The notes under the pieces: model-generated
Told to the model about the DNA's origin: nothing
The model's input: only the letters and a program-made list of their open reading frames with translations
The model's database searches: none
Shown here: piece by piece, positions 50,470 to 63,190 of the stretch
Position numbering within the stretch: the first letter of the stretch is position 1
Layout of the letters: each line of letters begins with the position of its first letter
Made by a program: the position numbers and the translations under genes
Assembly (NCBI GenBank): GCA_951804945.1
Contig: OX638157.1
Location: 22,072,001 to 22,136,000 of the forward strand
Direction: 5' to 3'
Source: Podarcis cretensis
Lineage: Eukaryota
DNA: 64,000 nucleotides

Positions 50470-52710
50470 GAGTCACTGGTGAACACTTTTTCTGAGTGAC
50501 TAGAGATGGAAGCATCTTGACTGCAATGGATGTGGGAACTTACATGGATTCATGAACACTATCATGAGTGATATTAGTATTGCAGGACATTGGCAAAGAC
50601 TGTTCCTGGCTTGAGACAAACCAATTCCATTTCACTGGTGGTGGTGAGGAGAGGGTAACTTAATCTTGTTTTAAAACAGAACTCAATGCAACTCCCAACT
50701 AACATGCTTATTGCCTGCTTCTGGACAATATCTTAACAATCAATAATTTTCTTCCCCATCAAGAGCAATATATAATAAAAAATAAATTAATATATGTAAA
50801 CTTTGCAAAAGTAGTACAAATCAGTTTTTTGTAGAGGGTTTGTCTGCTTGATAATGAAGTGCTGATTCTTGTTGCTCACATGTGATCCTTTATTTACCAG
50901 TAACGGAATTGAAAGAATTTCAGCAGAGAGAACAGATGGACATTCCCAACTGTGGATATTGCTGTCCCCTAACATACTTGATATTCATAAATGGTGCTGC
51001 AGTGTCCAAGCAGTGTTCACTCTGCTCCATGTGCTGGGTTTTTACTGTACATAAGGTCTGTCTATGAGTTCAGCTATGTCACAGGGGCTAAAAAGTAATC
51101 ACTGGCCCACTTTGCATCTGTACATATACTAGGCCTTCTGAAAAAGCAAAATGGGTCATTAAGGCAATGATAGATTAAGGATGCAACTCTCCAGGACAAC
51201 AAAAACACAAGGATAAGGCTGACACAATGCAAGTAACATTATTTTGCCTTAGCCATTGTTAACATAGTATTAACATTAGTATTGTTGTCAAATACACAAG
51301 GCACCCCACTTGAATTCCACGAAGGCTAATATTAACATATAAAAGCCTGATTCAAAGTACAAGAGGCAGAAAATTATATCATTTCTATATGCAATCCCAG
51401 AAGGCCCCCTGGTTTGACACTTATAAAGGGAGGAAGAAGTACTTCGACTGCAGCAGTAGATAAAAGAACTTCCTTTTTCTTTTGTTTTGGTCATGCCATG
51501 ATGCATGCCTATTTCTGCTGCTTGAGAAAGATGGAGGGCCCAATGCTAAAGAGCCAGGAGAGCCAGCAACAGCTAAGTGACCAAGCGTAGGCAGATACAG
51601 CCACAAATCAACAGAATGGGTGTCAGATCCAGAGCCACGAATCTTTTGATTCCAGAAGTATCAGCTTTTACCACTAGGCCAGCCTGAAAGGGCTTGGCAA
51701 ATGTTGGACCTGGCCTGCTTTCCTGCATAGTCAGGACTTTTCACCTTGCCTCCTCTACTACTGCAAATCTGGTTAAGCATTGAAGTGTAAGGATACCATC
51801 AAGGCTGCTGTAAATGTCAGTCAGCCCTGCTCAGCTGGCTCTGTAAATCCCCTGGCAGAGCTGACTCATCAAGCAGAGCAACTCATCGCTATGAACTGGT
51901 CCACACATTATGCTACGTCTTAGCTGGTTTTAAGCCATGGATGAAATGTGAATATGCCTCCCGCCCCTGCGAGTGTTGTATGAACATGAGTCATGATTTG
52001 TTTCACAAACTATCGTTTAATGTGAACAAGCAGTGTGCTGGTGCATATCATACAAAAGTTCCCTCGGTTTTCCTGCAACACGCCAGGCACACTGTGAACA
52101 AAATAAGCCAGGGTCTGGGTTTGCTGTTTTGTGTGAAGCAATGTTTTTTTCTCTCTCCAAACCTTGAGCAATTTGTCTTCATTTACCACTCATGGTTTGA
52201 TTGGGGGAAACAAACCACGGGTCTGGGTCTGAACAATGCAATAAGCAGGTTCTGGTTTGCTTCATCAACAGCATGGCAGCAGCAAGATCAGTGTAATAGT
52301 GCTGCAGAGACTTTTGAGCAGAATTCACATTAAACCATAATTTGTTTTAAATGATGGTTCAATGTGATGTGTGAAACAGGCCATTGTCACATATACACAT
52401 ATGACACTGTTAGGGAGAGAAGGTTACCAAAAAAAGAGAACAGGATAATAACTTGCATACCACTCATGCCATGTTGACAAATGCTTATATGATCAGGGGC
52501 TTTGCCAGAAAGCAGTAAACTTTGCCACAGTTTGGCGCTATAGCTTGGTTCACACACATACACCATTTGATCAATGATTAGCTGAATGTATAGATTGAAT
52601 GGATTTGTAAAAACTTGTGTAAAAGTTTCAGTTGTGGTGTTGCAACTGTTAGGGCTCATTCACACATGCAAGTAACCGTTTGACCCTGTACCCATTAGCT
52701 GATAGAAATA

Positions 52711-52936
52711 CAGTGGTACCTCAGGTTATATACGCTTCAGGTTACAGACTCCGCCAACCCAGAAATAGTGCTTCAGGTTAAGAACTTTGCTTCAGGATGA
52801 GAACAGAAATTGTGCTCCGGCGGCGCGGCGGCAGCAGGAGGCCCCATTAGCTAAAGTGGTGCTTCAGGTTAAGAACAGTTGCAGGTTAAGTACGGACCTC
52901 CGGAACGAATTAAGTACTTAACCCAAGGTACCACTG
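52711..52936. mobile_element. Tigger-like MITE, family A (opposite orientation to the 10339 copy)
   Basis: TA|cagtggtacctcagg...ggtaccactg. Confidence 0.9.
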
Positions 52937-53983
52937 TCATTAACCAGCCCTAGATGTTGTCAATAGAGAATGAACACAGTACTCAAGTACTGTACAGTAC
53001 ATTTATGAAGTAGGAATGGGGGGGGGGGATGGAAATGAAGACACCTGCATGTAGGCTTACAAATATGGAAGCAGCAGAAACTGAACATCTATGAATACTT
53101 CTTATGTAAAGACATTTAGCAAGCAGCACTGACAATGATTTTATGCCTTCTTGCATGTACAGCAGCACATGGAAGACAGGACTTCAGGGCAACTAAACTG
53201 GCACATTTCAGATATGCTTCTCTGAAGCCCTTTGCTACAACGATAATCCCTCGATCTGAATGCTCCAAATGCTCTCAAGTACTGAATGGACAGAGGATTT
53301 GGAGTTTTGTTTGCTGGACAGCAGGAGAGTTTTTTTCAATTAATAGAACAGCTATTACAGTAAATGGCTGGCAAGGGACAAGATGTCTCTACTTCCCCTG
53401 CTCCTCCTAATGTAATTTGACCTTTCCACAGTGCACACATGGCAATCTCATCTCGGAGATCTTACACACTGATTGCACAACAAACAGACAGCAGAGAAAG
53501 GGGGAAGGGAGAGCTTCTTTGGTCAGTGTTTCCAATTCAGTTCACAGGAATGCCTATAGTGTCTCTGGAAACATTGTTAAGGTTAGCACAGAGCGAGGGA
53601 TTTCGTAATGAACAGCTGTCTTATGGAAGCTTACAACATAAAGGATTGTTGGGGGCAGGGAGGGGGGCAGCAAGAGAGAGTATTTATTTCTGTCCTGGCT
53701 TGAATAATTGTATCTTGGACAACTACAAAGGCAAAATATCCTGAAGTAGTTTAAAAATCACACCTTCCAAGCCCTACATCCTGGAGGGATATTTACTTGA
53801 ACAAAAGCAAATAGTGCACAGTACTTTATTCACACCCTGTTTTATGTACTGGGGTGCCTTTTTAATTTTCAAAAAAATCAACATAGACTCATGAAGGCAT
53901 TCCAGAGCTCTCCTTTCCTCTATGAAACAATCTGACCTGGATCACATGTTACAGTAAACCGAACTGAATGTACAGGTTTCTGG

Positions 53984-54330
53984 AGCTGTGTGCTCCTCCT
54001 TGGCCTTTTTTACTAAGGTGCTGCACTGAGCTAAGTTTGGTTTAGTGTGCTGTCTGAACCCAGGTTCATGGTTGAGCTCTTTCTCTGCTAATCATCAGCA
54101 AGAAATACAGTGGTACCTCAGGTTACATACGCTTCAGGTTACAGACTCCGCCAACCCAGAAATAGTGCTTCAGGTTAAGAACTTTGCTTCAGGATGAGAA
54201 CAGGCCTTGTAGCTGCTGTGCTCCTCCTTGGCCTTTTTTACTACGGTGCTGCACTGAGCTAAGTTTGGTTTAGTGTGCTGTCTGAACCCAGGTTCATGGT
54301 TGAGCTCTTTCTCTGCTAATCATCAGCAAG
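53984..54330 (+). repeat. ~120-bp direct duplication (53984-54102 / 54211-54330) enclosing a partial family-A MITE (54103-54203)
   Basis: Direct sequence comparison. Confidence 0.92.
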
Positions 54331-55215
54331 GGATACACCTTGGCTGCAGTTTGTGGTTAGTGAGGAGAGAGTTTAGCCACAAATCCCAGTTCAGATGACA
54401 CACTCAGAACAGTGTGGCAGTCAAAACAACAAGGGAGGAGGGGAAAGAGGCCACAAGCTCCTCCCTGGCAGCCCAAACATTTGTGTGGTCTCGGAAGATT
54501 GACATGCTATGTTGTGTAAACTGGACCGCTGTCTACACATGGTGGACATGGTATACAGAAAAAAACCTTAGTCTCAACGTTCTCCTTTTTAAAGTGATGG
54601 ACTTAAGGTATGCACACACTTGTCTTCCAGGAGATACTAATCCTTTACTTTTTAATCTCTTTCTTCCAACCACTTCACAAGTTTGCCTCCTGCTAGGACA
54701 ATCTCTTGTCAATACAACTATTCCCAGTCATTCTGAAGATATAAAAGAGGAAAACAGCAACCTCCATGGTGCTGACTGTCTTAAGAATTCTCTTTCTTTT
54801 ATTTTGACTAAAGAATCTGACATTTCCTTCCATAAACACCATGCAATAGGCTTTGAATGTACAAGCAGTGTGTATCTGGAGAGCAATCCTTGTAGGAAAA
54901 AAAAAAAAAGGAGGGGGAGGAGAGAGAGTGGAGTCTCCCATAAACCACTGTTTCAAATCCTCTAAAATAGCAGTAGGCAAATTATCTCTCAAGAGAATAC
55001 ATTACAGATAGCATACTCTTGTCAGATCCATGGGGGAAACCCCTCATATTTTATGAGTGATATCCAGCTGAATCAGAGTAGACCCACTGAAATTAATTTA
55101 AGTCCATTATTTCAATGGGCTACATTGAATTAAGTTCTACTCTGAGAAGACCCAATGAGATTACTACACTTACATTAGTCATGTCAACTAATTTCAATGG
55201 GTCTACTGTATGACT

Positions 55216-55590
55216 GGGGACGCAGGTGGTGCTGTGGGTTAAAGCCTCAGCGCCTAGGACTTGCCGATCGAAAGGTCGGCGGTTCGAATCCCTGCGGCGG
55301 GGTGCGCTCCCGCTGCTCGGTCCCAGCGCCTGCCAACCTAGCAGTTCGAAAGCACCTCCGGGTGCAAGTAGATAAATAGGGACCGCTTACCAGCGGGAAG
55401 GTAAACGGCGTTTCCGTGTGCGGCTCTGGCTCTGGCTCTGGCCAGAGCAGCGATGTCACGCTGGCCACGTGACCCAGAAGTGTCTCCGGACAGCGCTGGC
55501 CCCTGGCCTCTTAAGTGAGATGGGCGCACAACCCCAGAGACTGTCAAGACTGGCCCGTACGGGCAGGGGTACCTTTACCTTTACCTTTAC
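55216..55590 (+). mobile_element. Sauria SINE inserted in an older palindromic MITE
   Basis: ACCTTT tail. 13-bp TSD ctactgtatgact at 55203-55215 / 55591-55603. Flanks carry gagtagaccc / gggtctactc repeats. Confidence 0.95.
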
Positions 55591-56029
55591 CTACTGTATG
55601 ACTAACGTTGGATACAACACATGGGTCTACTCTCGAGTATGAAAAACACTAGGCTTAACCCTGTGTTTGTAGCCTTCATGATTTTGAAGTTGTTGAAAAT
55701 ACACTTACTAAGGATTGCAAAAGCTGGGAAACCTTTAGTCAAGGAAAGAAAGGTCCAGGTATATTTGTTATTTGCACATCTCATGCTTTTGAAAACACAT
55801 TTAAAAGCATATTATATATATAATTTAATTCCTCCGCTTTCCAGATTTGGAATGAATCATTTCAGTATATAATAGGATCATCAATGAGTATTTGTGCTAT
55901 GTTTTATTTGCTGTGCTATGATCTTAATGGTGTTCATGATAATGATATCAGTTACGTGGCTGAAGCATTCAGATCAGTTTCTGCTTTCAAGCTTGCAGTG
56001 ACTGTTCAGAAGCCGCCTTTGGTGCTAGA

Positions 56030-56182
56030 CCTAGTGGTGGTGAAGTGGTTAAGAGTGTTGGATGAGGACCTTGAGCCTCTCAGCCTATTTTATAGGATTG
56101 TTGTTGGGATTAAGTGAGAATCATGTAGAATTAAGGGAGCTCCTTGGAGGAAAAGGTGAAATGTGAATGCAATAAATAAAAA
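56030..56182 (+). mobile_element. Degenerate Squam3/MIR-like SINE with internal deletion
   Basis: gtggtggtgaagtggttaagagtgttgg head, ttgttgttgggattaa core, and aataaataaa tail. Confidence 0.55.
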
Positions 56183-58238
56183 TCAACCAAATCTGCTCTT
56201 AGCGATGCAATCATTCAACAGCTGACTTCAGGAACTAGAATATTGTAGCTGTATTGTGAAGAGCTCAAGCTGTGAAAGCTGAAGATCCTGGTTCAGTAAT
56301 GTATTTGCTCACCAATATGGCAACTGCCACGCTAAGTACTGCATTTTCTTGGCTCCTGCTTTCATTTCATATGCAAGTACAGGCAACTTTTTGTTCAGAT
56401 GGAGGCCGTGGTGACCCAGAACATTTACTTTGCAAAAGGAGCCTCGATGCCACTGCTAAACGCATTCTAAGTATCTTCGCATTTACCCTTGGCTTTATGA
56501 TTCTTCTGCAGAGAATTATGAAGGAACAGAGGTAAATTTTAAAACCAGCTTATCATTTTGAACTCTCCTAGGAATAAGAATATATTCAACACAAGGTATT
56601 ATTCTGCTTAATAACATTCTGCAGTGTTGTTGTCCCTCTCAACCCCTGGCAGCCCAATTATAAAATGGAGGTTTCTTCAAAGATAGTTTTTGTACAAGGA
56701 TCTGTCTCCTTCTCAGGATCAAATTCTGAGAAGGGTTCCACCACTGAACTGCTGGAGGATGCTTATGATATAGAATAAGAAAACTTATGGACTAGTTGTA
56801 ACACATCAGACAAAACTGGGATTTCCCCCCCCCCCATGTGATAATTAATGTGGCCACTGTTTATATGGCCTACTTTTTAAATTTATTTATTTTACTAGTA
56901 TATATTTGTAAAAAGAAAATAGCCCCTTTTAGCAACCTCCCTTTTGGCAAAATTCATTATACTTCATTATACTGAATTCATCACATTCATTAATTATATT
57001 TCCACAAATGAATATAAAGCCAGGTTTAGTCCAAACTGTTAATCTTTTAGAACACATAATCAAAACAATTATTTTTGTAATGTTATTAAATATTCTGAAT
57101 TCCATACAGAATTCTGTACCTTATGAAAATGCTCCATTTATCACCAAGCCTATTATCTATTTATCTATTTATCTACTTTCTCTGACACTGATCAAGTTTG
57201 TTAATCTTACTGCATTTCTGAAGTAAGCAATTTGAGATTAACAGGACATCCTTCTTTTTCCAATTAAAGCTAATGGTGATTTTTGCTGCAGTAAGAAGGC
57301 AAATGATGATTTCTGAACTGTCTGACGGAATCATTGATGTCACACAGCAAAATAATACTGTTAATGGTGCAATGGCAAATTAAAGCCTGTCATTTCCTCC
57401 ATGTGTGCTCAAAAACTAAATCCCATTTTAAAAAAAAAACATCCAGGCTTGTTCAATATGTTCCATCTCTTACTGGGCAAAAATAAATCTTTCCAAACAT
57501 ACCGCTTGCATGTGCAACACCACAGTACTGACTGAGTTTATGACCATTCTAACACACATTTGCACCTAATATATAGTGAAACTTTACCTACTACATGAGA
57601 GAATGAATCAGATAGACCCTCAAGATTCCCTGGCGTAAAAGAGATCACCAGGAAATTTGACTATCTGTATGGGCTCAGTACTGACATAATAGAATGTTAA
57701 TGCTAGCTCAACTAAAACATTGCATAGGCTACATTTAGTACAGCAAAGCCATACCCTCCAGCATCAAGGTGATCCAAATCAGGACACTCGTTTCTTTGGT
57801 CCTGGGCTCTCGCAGGAGCCAGCTGACTTATGGCAAAGTACAAGACCAAGAAACTAGCGTTTTTTGTTCCAGTGTTCTTGCATGAGCCAGCTGACTTGCA
57901 CCAGAGCACTGGACCAAAAATCAGACATTCTGTGATCCAATCAGAAGCTGGGATGGCTTCTGTAATTCTAGAATGTCCCGCTTAAATTGGGACAGTTGAG
58001 CAATATGCAATACCTATTGAGATGTAATGGGAAACCATGGTTTCCCAGTATGTGAACAAGCTAAGGCAAGTCTTAGGGTTGTATGTTCTCTAGATCCATC
58101 CTCTTTTGCACCCATGATAAGATGTAAAGGTTTTGCTTCCTCTGAAACAACCACAACCACAGTTCCTTATGACATGAAATCAGGGGACCGTGGTTCAAAT
58201 GAAAGTTAAAACAGCCAGGATCAAACTGGTTTCAAGTA

Positions 58239-58479
58239 CAGTGGTACCTCGGGTTATGAACTTAATTCATTCTGAAGGTCCGTTCTTAACCCGAAACCGT
58301 TCTTAACCTGAGACGCGCTTTCGCTAATGGGACCTCCTGCTGCCGGCACGCCACCGGCGCGTGATTTCCTTTCTCATCTTGGAGCAAACTTCTGAACCCG
58401 AGGTACTACTTCCAGGTTAGCGGAGTTTGTAACCTGAAGCATTTGTAACCTGAAGCGTTTGTAACCCAAGGCACCGCTG
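58239..58479. mobile_element. Tigger-like MITE, family A
   Basis: TA|cagtggtacctcggg...caaggcaccgctg|TA. Confidence 0.9.
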
Positions 58480-59192
58480 TACTTAACCTTTTCCGAAAGG
58501 ATTGTTTAAATTAACCACAGTTTCCAAAGTTTGAATATCACGAGGAAACAATAGTTTCAAACACAAGCTGATGCTTCTATTATCTCAGTGTCTCTGGGCC
58601 TAGTTCATGTAGCAGGAACCCACAATTTCCAATTTCATCTGAACTGCATAATGCCAAGGCATTTTTTAAAAAAATAATATTAATAATAATTTGGGCTCCT
58701 TTACAGCCATCAAGAGTTATCTCACAGCTTGTACAGACACCCTTCTGACCATGTTGACAGCTCATTTGTCTCTTATACTAAATGCATGTCTAGCTTCCAT
58801 TAATTCTCTGAATCACTTAACACAAACATTGGAATGGCATAACCGATGTGATACAAGATACCTGCTCTTCTACTCAGCAAGCCAAAAATAAAGGCAGAAA
58901 TCCAAACAAAGTAACTCAGCCAGCTGTTTCCCTTAGCAGCGTAAATTCCTCCTCGTCACATTAAACAGAATTTGTTGACAGAGCAATGCACATCGATCCA
59001 GAAGGCTCTATGATGAGCTCTGCATGTGCAATGGAAATGATGAGTCCCTCTGTTCTGACATCACCTCATGTGATGCTACGCTCTTTGACGCAAAGCAAAC
59101 TGCTGCTGTCAGTTCCATCTGCCACCTATTTCTTACAGGCAACAAAGGTAGGCTTAGGCCAAAAGATACAACCTTAACAGCTGAACAGAATA

Positions 59193-59417
59193 CAGTGGTA
59201 CCTCGGGTTAAGTACTTAATTCGTTCCGGAGGTCCGTTCTTAACCTGAAACTGTGCTTAACCTGAAGCATCACTTTAGCTAATGGGCCTCCTGCTGCGAT
59301 CGTGCCGCCGGAGCACAATTTCTCTTCTTATCCTGAAGCAAAGTACTTAACCAGAGGTACTATTTCTGGGTTAGCGGAGTCTGTAACCTGAAGCGTATGC
59401 AACCCGAGGTACCACTG
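59193..59417. mobile_element. Tigger-like MITE, family A
   Basis: TA|cagtggtacctcggg...cccgaggtaccactg|TA. Confidence 0.9.
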
Positions 59418-61023
59418 TATTAATTTTTGGGGTGGTAAAAAGACAGCAACATGCTTTTGGGATTTCTGGCTGCAGAAATGAGAGAGAGACTTAGAATAGC
59501 TCCATTGCTCTGCGCCACAGAAACATACAACGGGGTGGTACACTTAGATTACCCTAATGAGAAATCCTCAACCAATTTATTGTAGAGGTTTTTTCTTAAT
59601 ATGATAAAGTCAGAGGAAATACAATTTCCACCACAGCAGTAAAATTAACATTAGCATCATTAGAGGGGATGCTATAAAGTACCCTTTTTATTGTTCTTTT
59701 TTTCTCTCACAACTGTACATCTTTATTTATTATTTCCATTTTCCCTTGAATTATTTGAAACTCCACTTTTCTCATCAGCAGCCTCTTGGAGTGTGTGCAT
59801 GCCTTCTAAGAGACACTATACAGGACCTGGGTTCAAAACTACAATGGAGTGGTAATTTCCCCCAAATAGTGTGTGGTACCTCCAGACCACATTTCCGGCA
59901 GGGATATGAAAGGAATTAGTAGACCATTTAACGAAACAGACAAATACAACTAGGACTTATTTTGGGGAAATGTGCTGGTATATGATCACGATACCTGCAA
60001 AGCACTGACCTCCAGAAAATAGGAACATACTTCTTTGTTACATATGTCACTCAAAAGTCTAATGTTAATGATCCCATGTAATAGTAATAACAATTTTGTT
60101 CAATCAGATTGTAAACAAGACAACTGCAGTTTAGAAATAAGCACTATATTAACCCTGTTTTTACAATTATGCTTCAAGAACACTTAAACACATTTGGGTG
60201 AAGTACATAATCAGAGAATATACTGGCTAGTAATCAGGAAATGCTTGCTTTCCTAGAGCTGATATATTAATGCTTTCCATGGACTGCTTGCCAGCTAAAG
60301 ACTGGTGCAGGTGGCATTTTGCCCTGGAGACCAAACACAGCTGCTCTGGGATTTTCCCAAGTTCTTGCAGCCAACTGTCCAAGGCACCAAAGCCACTCTT
60401 CAAGCTGGATCATTGCATGCGGCTGGGACAGTCGGCTGCCCCCTTATTGCAGACAGAAAGAATGAAGCAGACACTGTGCTAGGATTAAATAAGCCATAGC
60501 TTTTACTCACTCATTAACATAACTTGCAACTTGCATGCAGGCAAGCAATGAGATTAAATTCATTCTATGATCAAGAAAGTTGGTTTGGCTATTCAAGAAC
60601 ACTTGCGCCCCTTCTCGCTCTTCCCTTCCAGTGTGGCCCAGTTCAATTCTGAGCTGCTTCCTTCTGGACAAATCTGCCCTCTCTGTAAAAAGCAACATGG
60701 TGTTTCCCAAACAGCTGCCACTCAAGACACTGCTGCCAAGAATCCCACCCTGGTGTGGCCCCCAAAAGGATAACGGAATCTCTTGCCTACTGATTCTAGA
60801 CCTTCCTCCACGATTCATCTCTTGAGAAGCTCCCCTGAACAGTCAGCCAAACTGATATAATTCCTTGCCCTCCGCCCCCTGCAATGGCATCCTAGGGAAG
60901 ACCAAAAACACACCTGGCCACAGTCAATTAGGTACTGCAAACATATTGCTAGGCTTCAATAATGTGACCTGGTCAATGTGCTCATCATCAAGGAAGGGTA
61001 CATGAGAGGGTTAGGTGCTACCT

Positions 61024-61243
61024 CAGGGGTCAGCAAACTTTTTCAGCAGGGGGCTGGTCCACTGTCCCTCAGACCTTGTGGGGGCCCAGACTATATATAT
61101 ATTTTTTTGGGGGGGGGGAATGAACAAATTCCTATGCCCCACAAATAACCCAGAGATGCATTTTAAATAAAAGGACACATTCAACTCATGTAAAAACATG
61201 CTGATTCCCGGACCGTCCGCGGGCCGGAGTTTGCCTACCCATG
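61024..61243. mobile_element. hAT-Charlie non-autonomous element
   Basis: TIRs caggggtcagcaaact / agtttgcctacccatg. Perfect 8-bp TSD tgctacct (61016-61023 / 61244-61251) with a central TA. Confidence 0.88.
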
Positions 61244-62880
61244 TGCTACCTGAACAACTCCCAACTGCACTGTTGAGGGTGGGAAATGCTTCTTAACATC
61301 CCTGTTGTCTTATTTCTCAACCTTTGGTCTCACGTTGGCAAGGAAACCCTAGCCATCATGATAATGTCCCTGTTCTCCCCTAATGCCAAGCCCCATTGGA
61401 GCTGCTGCTTCCTCACTGCTGTCACAGTCACATCCCATACCACGATCTGCACTACAGAGGCAACTCTAGCAAAACTCTTCCCCTTACAGAGGGACTAAAT
61501 ACAGTGTCTCCTAATCAGATACTCTTAAGTTTTGTTTTCTTTCTTATCAAAGTTATCTTGCATTATTGCATTTATAAAAGAATTGGGCAAATTCATTTTG
61601 CGCATTAAACTTTGGATCAGACATTTTAATTTGTTGATTTTTACAATCACAGCATACACACTTGCACATACAGCACTGACATTCCAGAAAACACTCTTCC
61701 ATTCCTATCATAGAAGTGCTCAGTGGGGGCTTCCAAGTAATAAGGAGTTAGAAGAACTGAAGTTTCTACTTACTTATTTGAGTATGTCTTGTGTGATGAG
61801 GTTATTGCCTCATGGCTGGGTGCCACTTTTGAGTTAATTAAAATGTTACTTTGGCATGTGTCCCACATTGAGGGGATTCCAAAGAGTGAATATTAACCTG
61901 AGATAGAAACTAAGATTGAAAGTGCCAACCTTTGCCTGCAAACGCAAAGCAGTCTGCTGACAGGGCTGAAATTCCTTGAGCCAAGCTGAAGTAGAATATC
62001 TAGTGCTTGGTCAGCAAGTGAGACACACTTTTCCAGCTCAGCGTAATGAGTAAAAAGGCTATGACCATCCATATCTCACATTTACAACTTGTGTTTTGCC
62101 TCAAAGACTAAATAAAAAAATGAAGTCATATGGACTTTTACAAAGCTGCTATAAAATAGTGGTAAGAGTTTGAACAACAAAGCAGGAGGTCTTGGATTCT
62201 ATTTCTCTCTCATGAAGTAGCCTTAGGCAAGCCACCTTCAACACCCCCCCCACCCCACCCCAATTAAGTGCTTTGCAGTGTCCTATCTTAGGGGATACTT
62301 TCCACTACTGCAAGAATCCCTCGTATGTTTCAGAAAATTATAGGCTACACTGTAGGTTCCATTCTCAGTTGGCATTGCACATTTAAACCTCACTGCTTGT
62401 TTGCATATTACTCTTATTATTAAATTCCCACTATCTACACTTTCTGGAAACAGCTGAAGACATCTTTGTTCCGACAAGCTTTCCTAGCTGGGTGAATAGA
62501 TCTCTGACATGTTTTTCTCCATTTATTTCATTTCAATTCATTTGCCATTATTTTCTGAGCTGTTTTTAACTGTGTTGATTATATTGCGTATATTGCATAT
62601 ATTACACACAAACACAATGTAATGCAGTCCCATCTGGGGCCAGAATCTGTCCTGCTAATTCCTTGCTATTTCAGGGGAATCAAGACCCGCTGGCCATGTT
62701 ACAGAGGTGGAATAGTTGTGAAGAAGAGATTAGGCAACACCTGCCAGTGCTATCCTAGGATTTGAAAGTATTAACCAGCTGCTAATTCCTAAAAGAACTC
62801 ATCTGCAATTTTAAAAACTGAGAAGCAAAATGACCTGAGAAAAGGCACAGAAAACAGAGTTGGCTTCTGGCAAGACTTTA

Positions 62881-62937
62881 TGTGTGTCTGTGTGCGTGCA
62901 TGTGTGTGCATGTGTGTGTGTGTGTGTGTGTGTGTGT
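62881..62937. repeat. (TG)n compound microsatellite
   Basis: Direct reading. Confidence 0.9.
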
Positions 62938-63164
62938 ACGTGCACGCAATTCACTTTTCAGAGTGCTCATCTAGACCAATCAACAAAAGGTTTACTCTGC
63001 TATTTCGGATAAGGATTACTGTAGTTGCAGCTAAGTGTTATTTCTGAACAGAGATTCTGAACTTTAGACATTTCCCCTCTGGCTTGGTAAAATCATATTA
63101 ACAACATTTATTTACTTTCAATTTGTTGGTGAGGCTTGGGTGTTGTTTGTTTGTTTACTATAAT

Positions 63165-63190
63165 GAGAGAGAGAGAGAGAGAGAGAGAGA
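63165..63190. repeat. (AG)n microsatellite
   Basis: Direct reading. Confidence 0.9.

Noticed and set aside
54414-54965. 183-aa plus-strand ORF with a basic C-terminal stretch
   Set aside because: No recognisable domain. It starts in a MITE arm, and the KKKKRR stretch derives from a poly-A run.
60500-61000. Possible minus-strand LTR-like segment
   Set aside because: Only compositional hints; no termini, TSD or second copy to support it.
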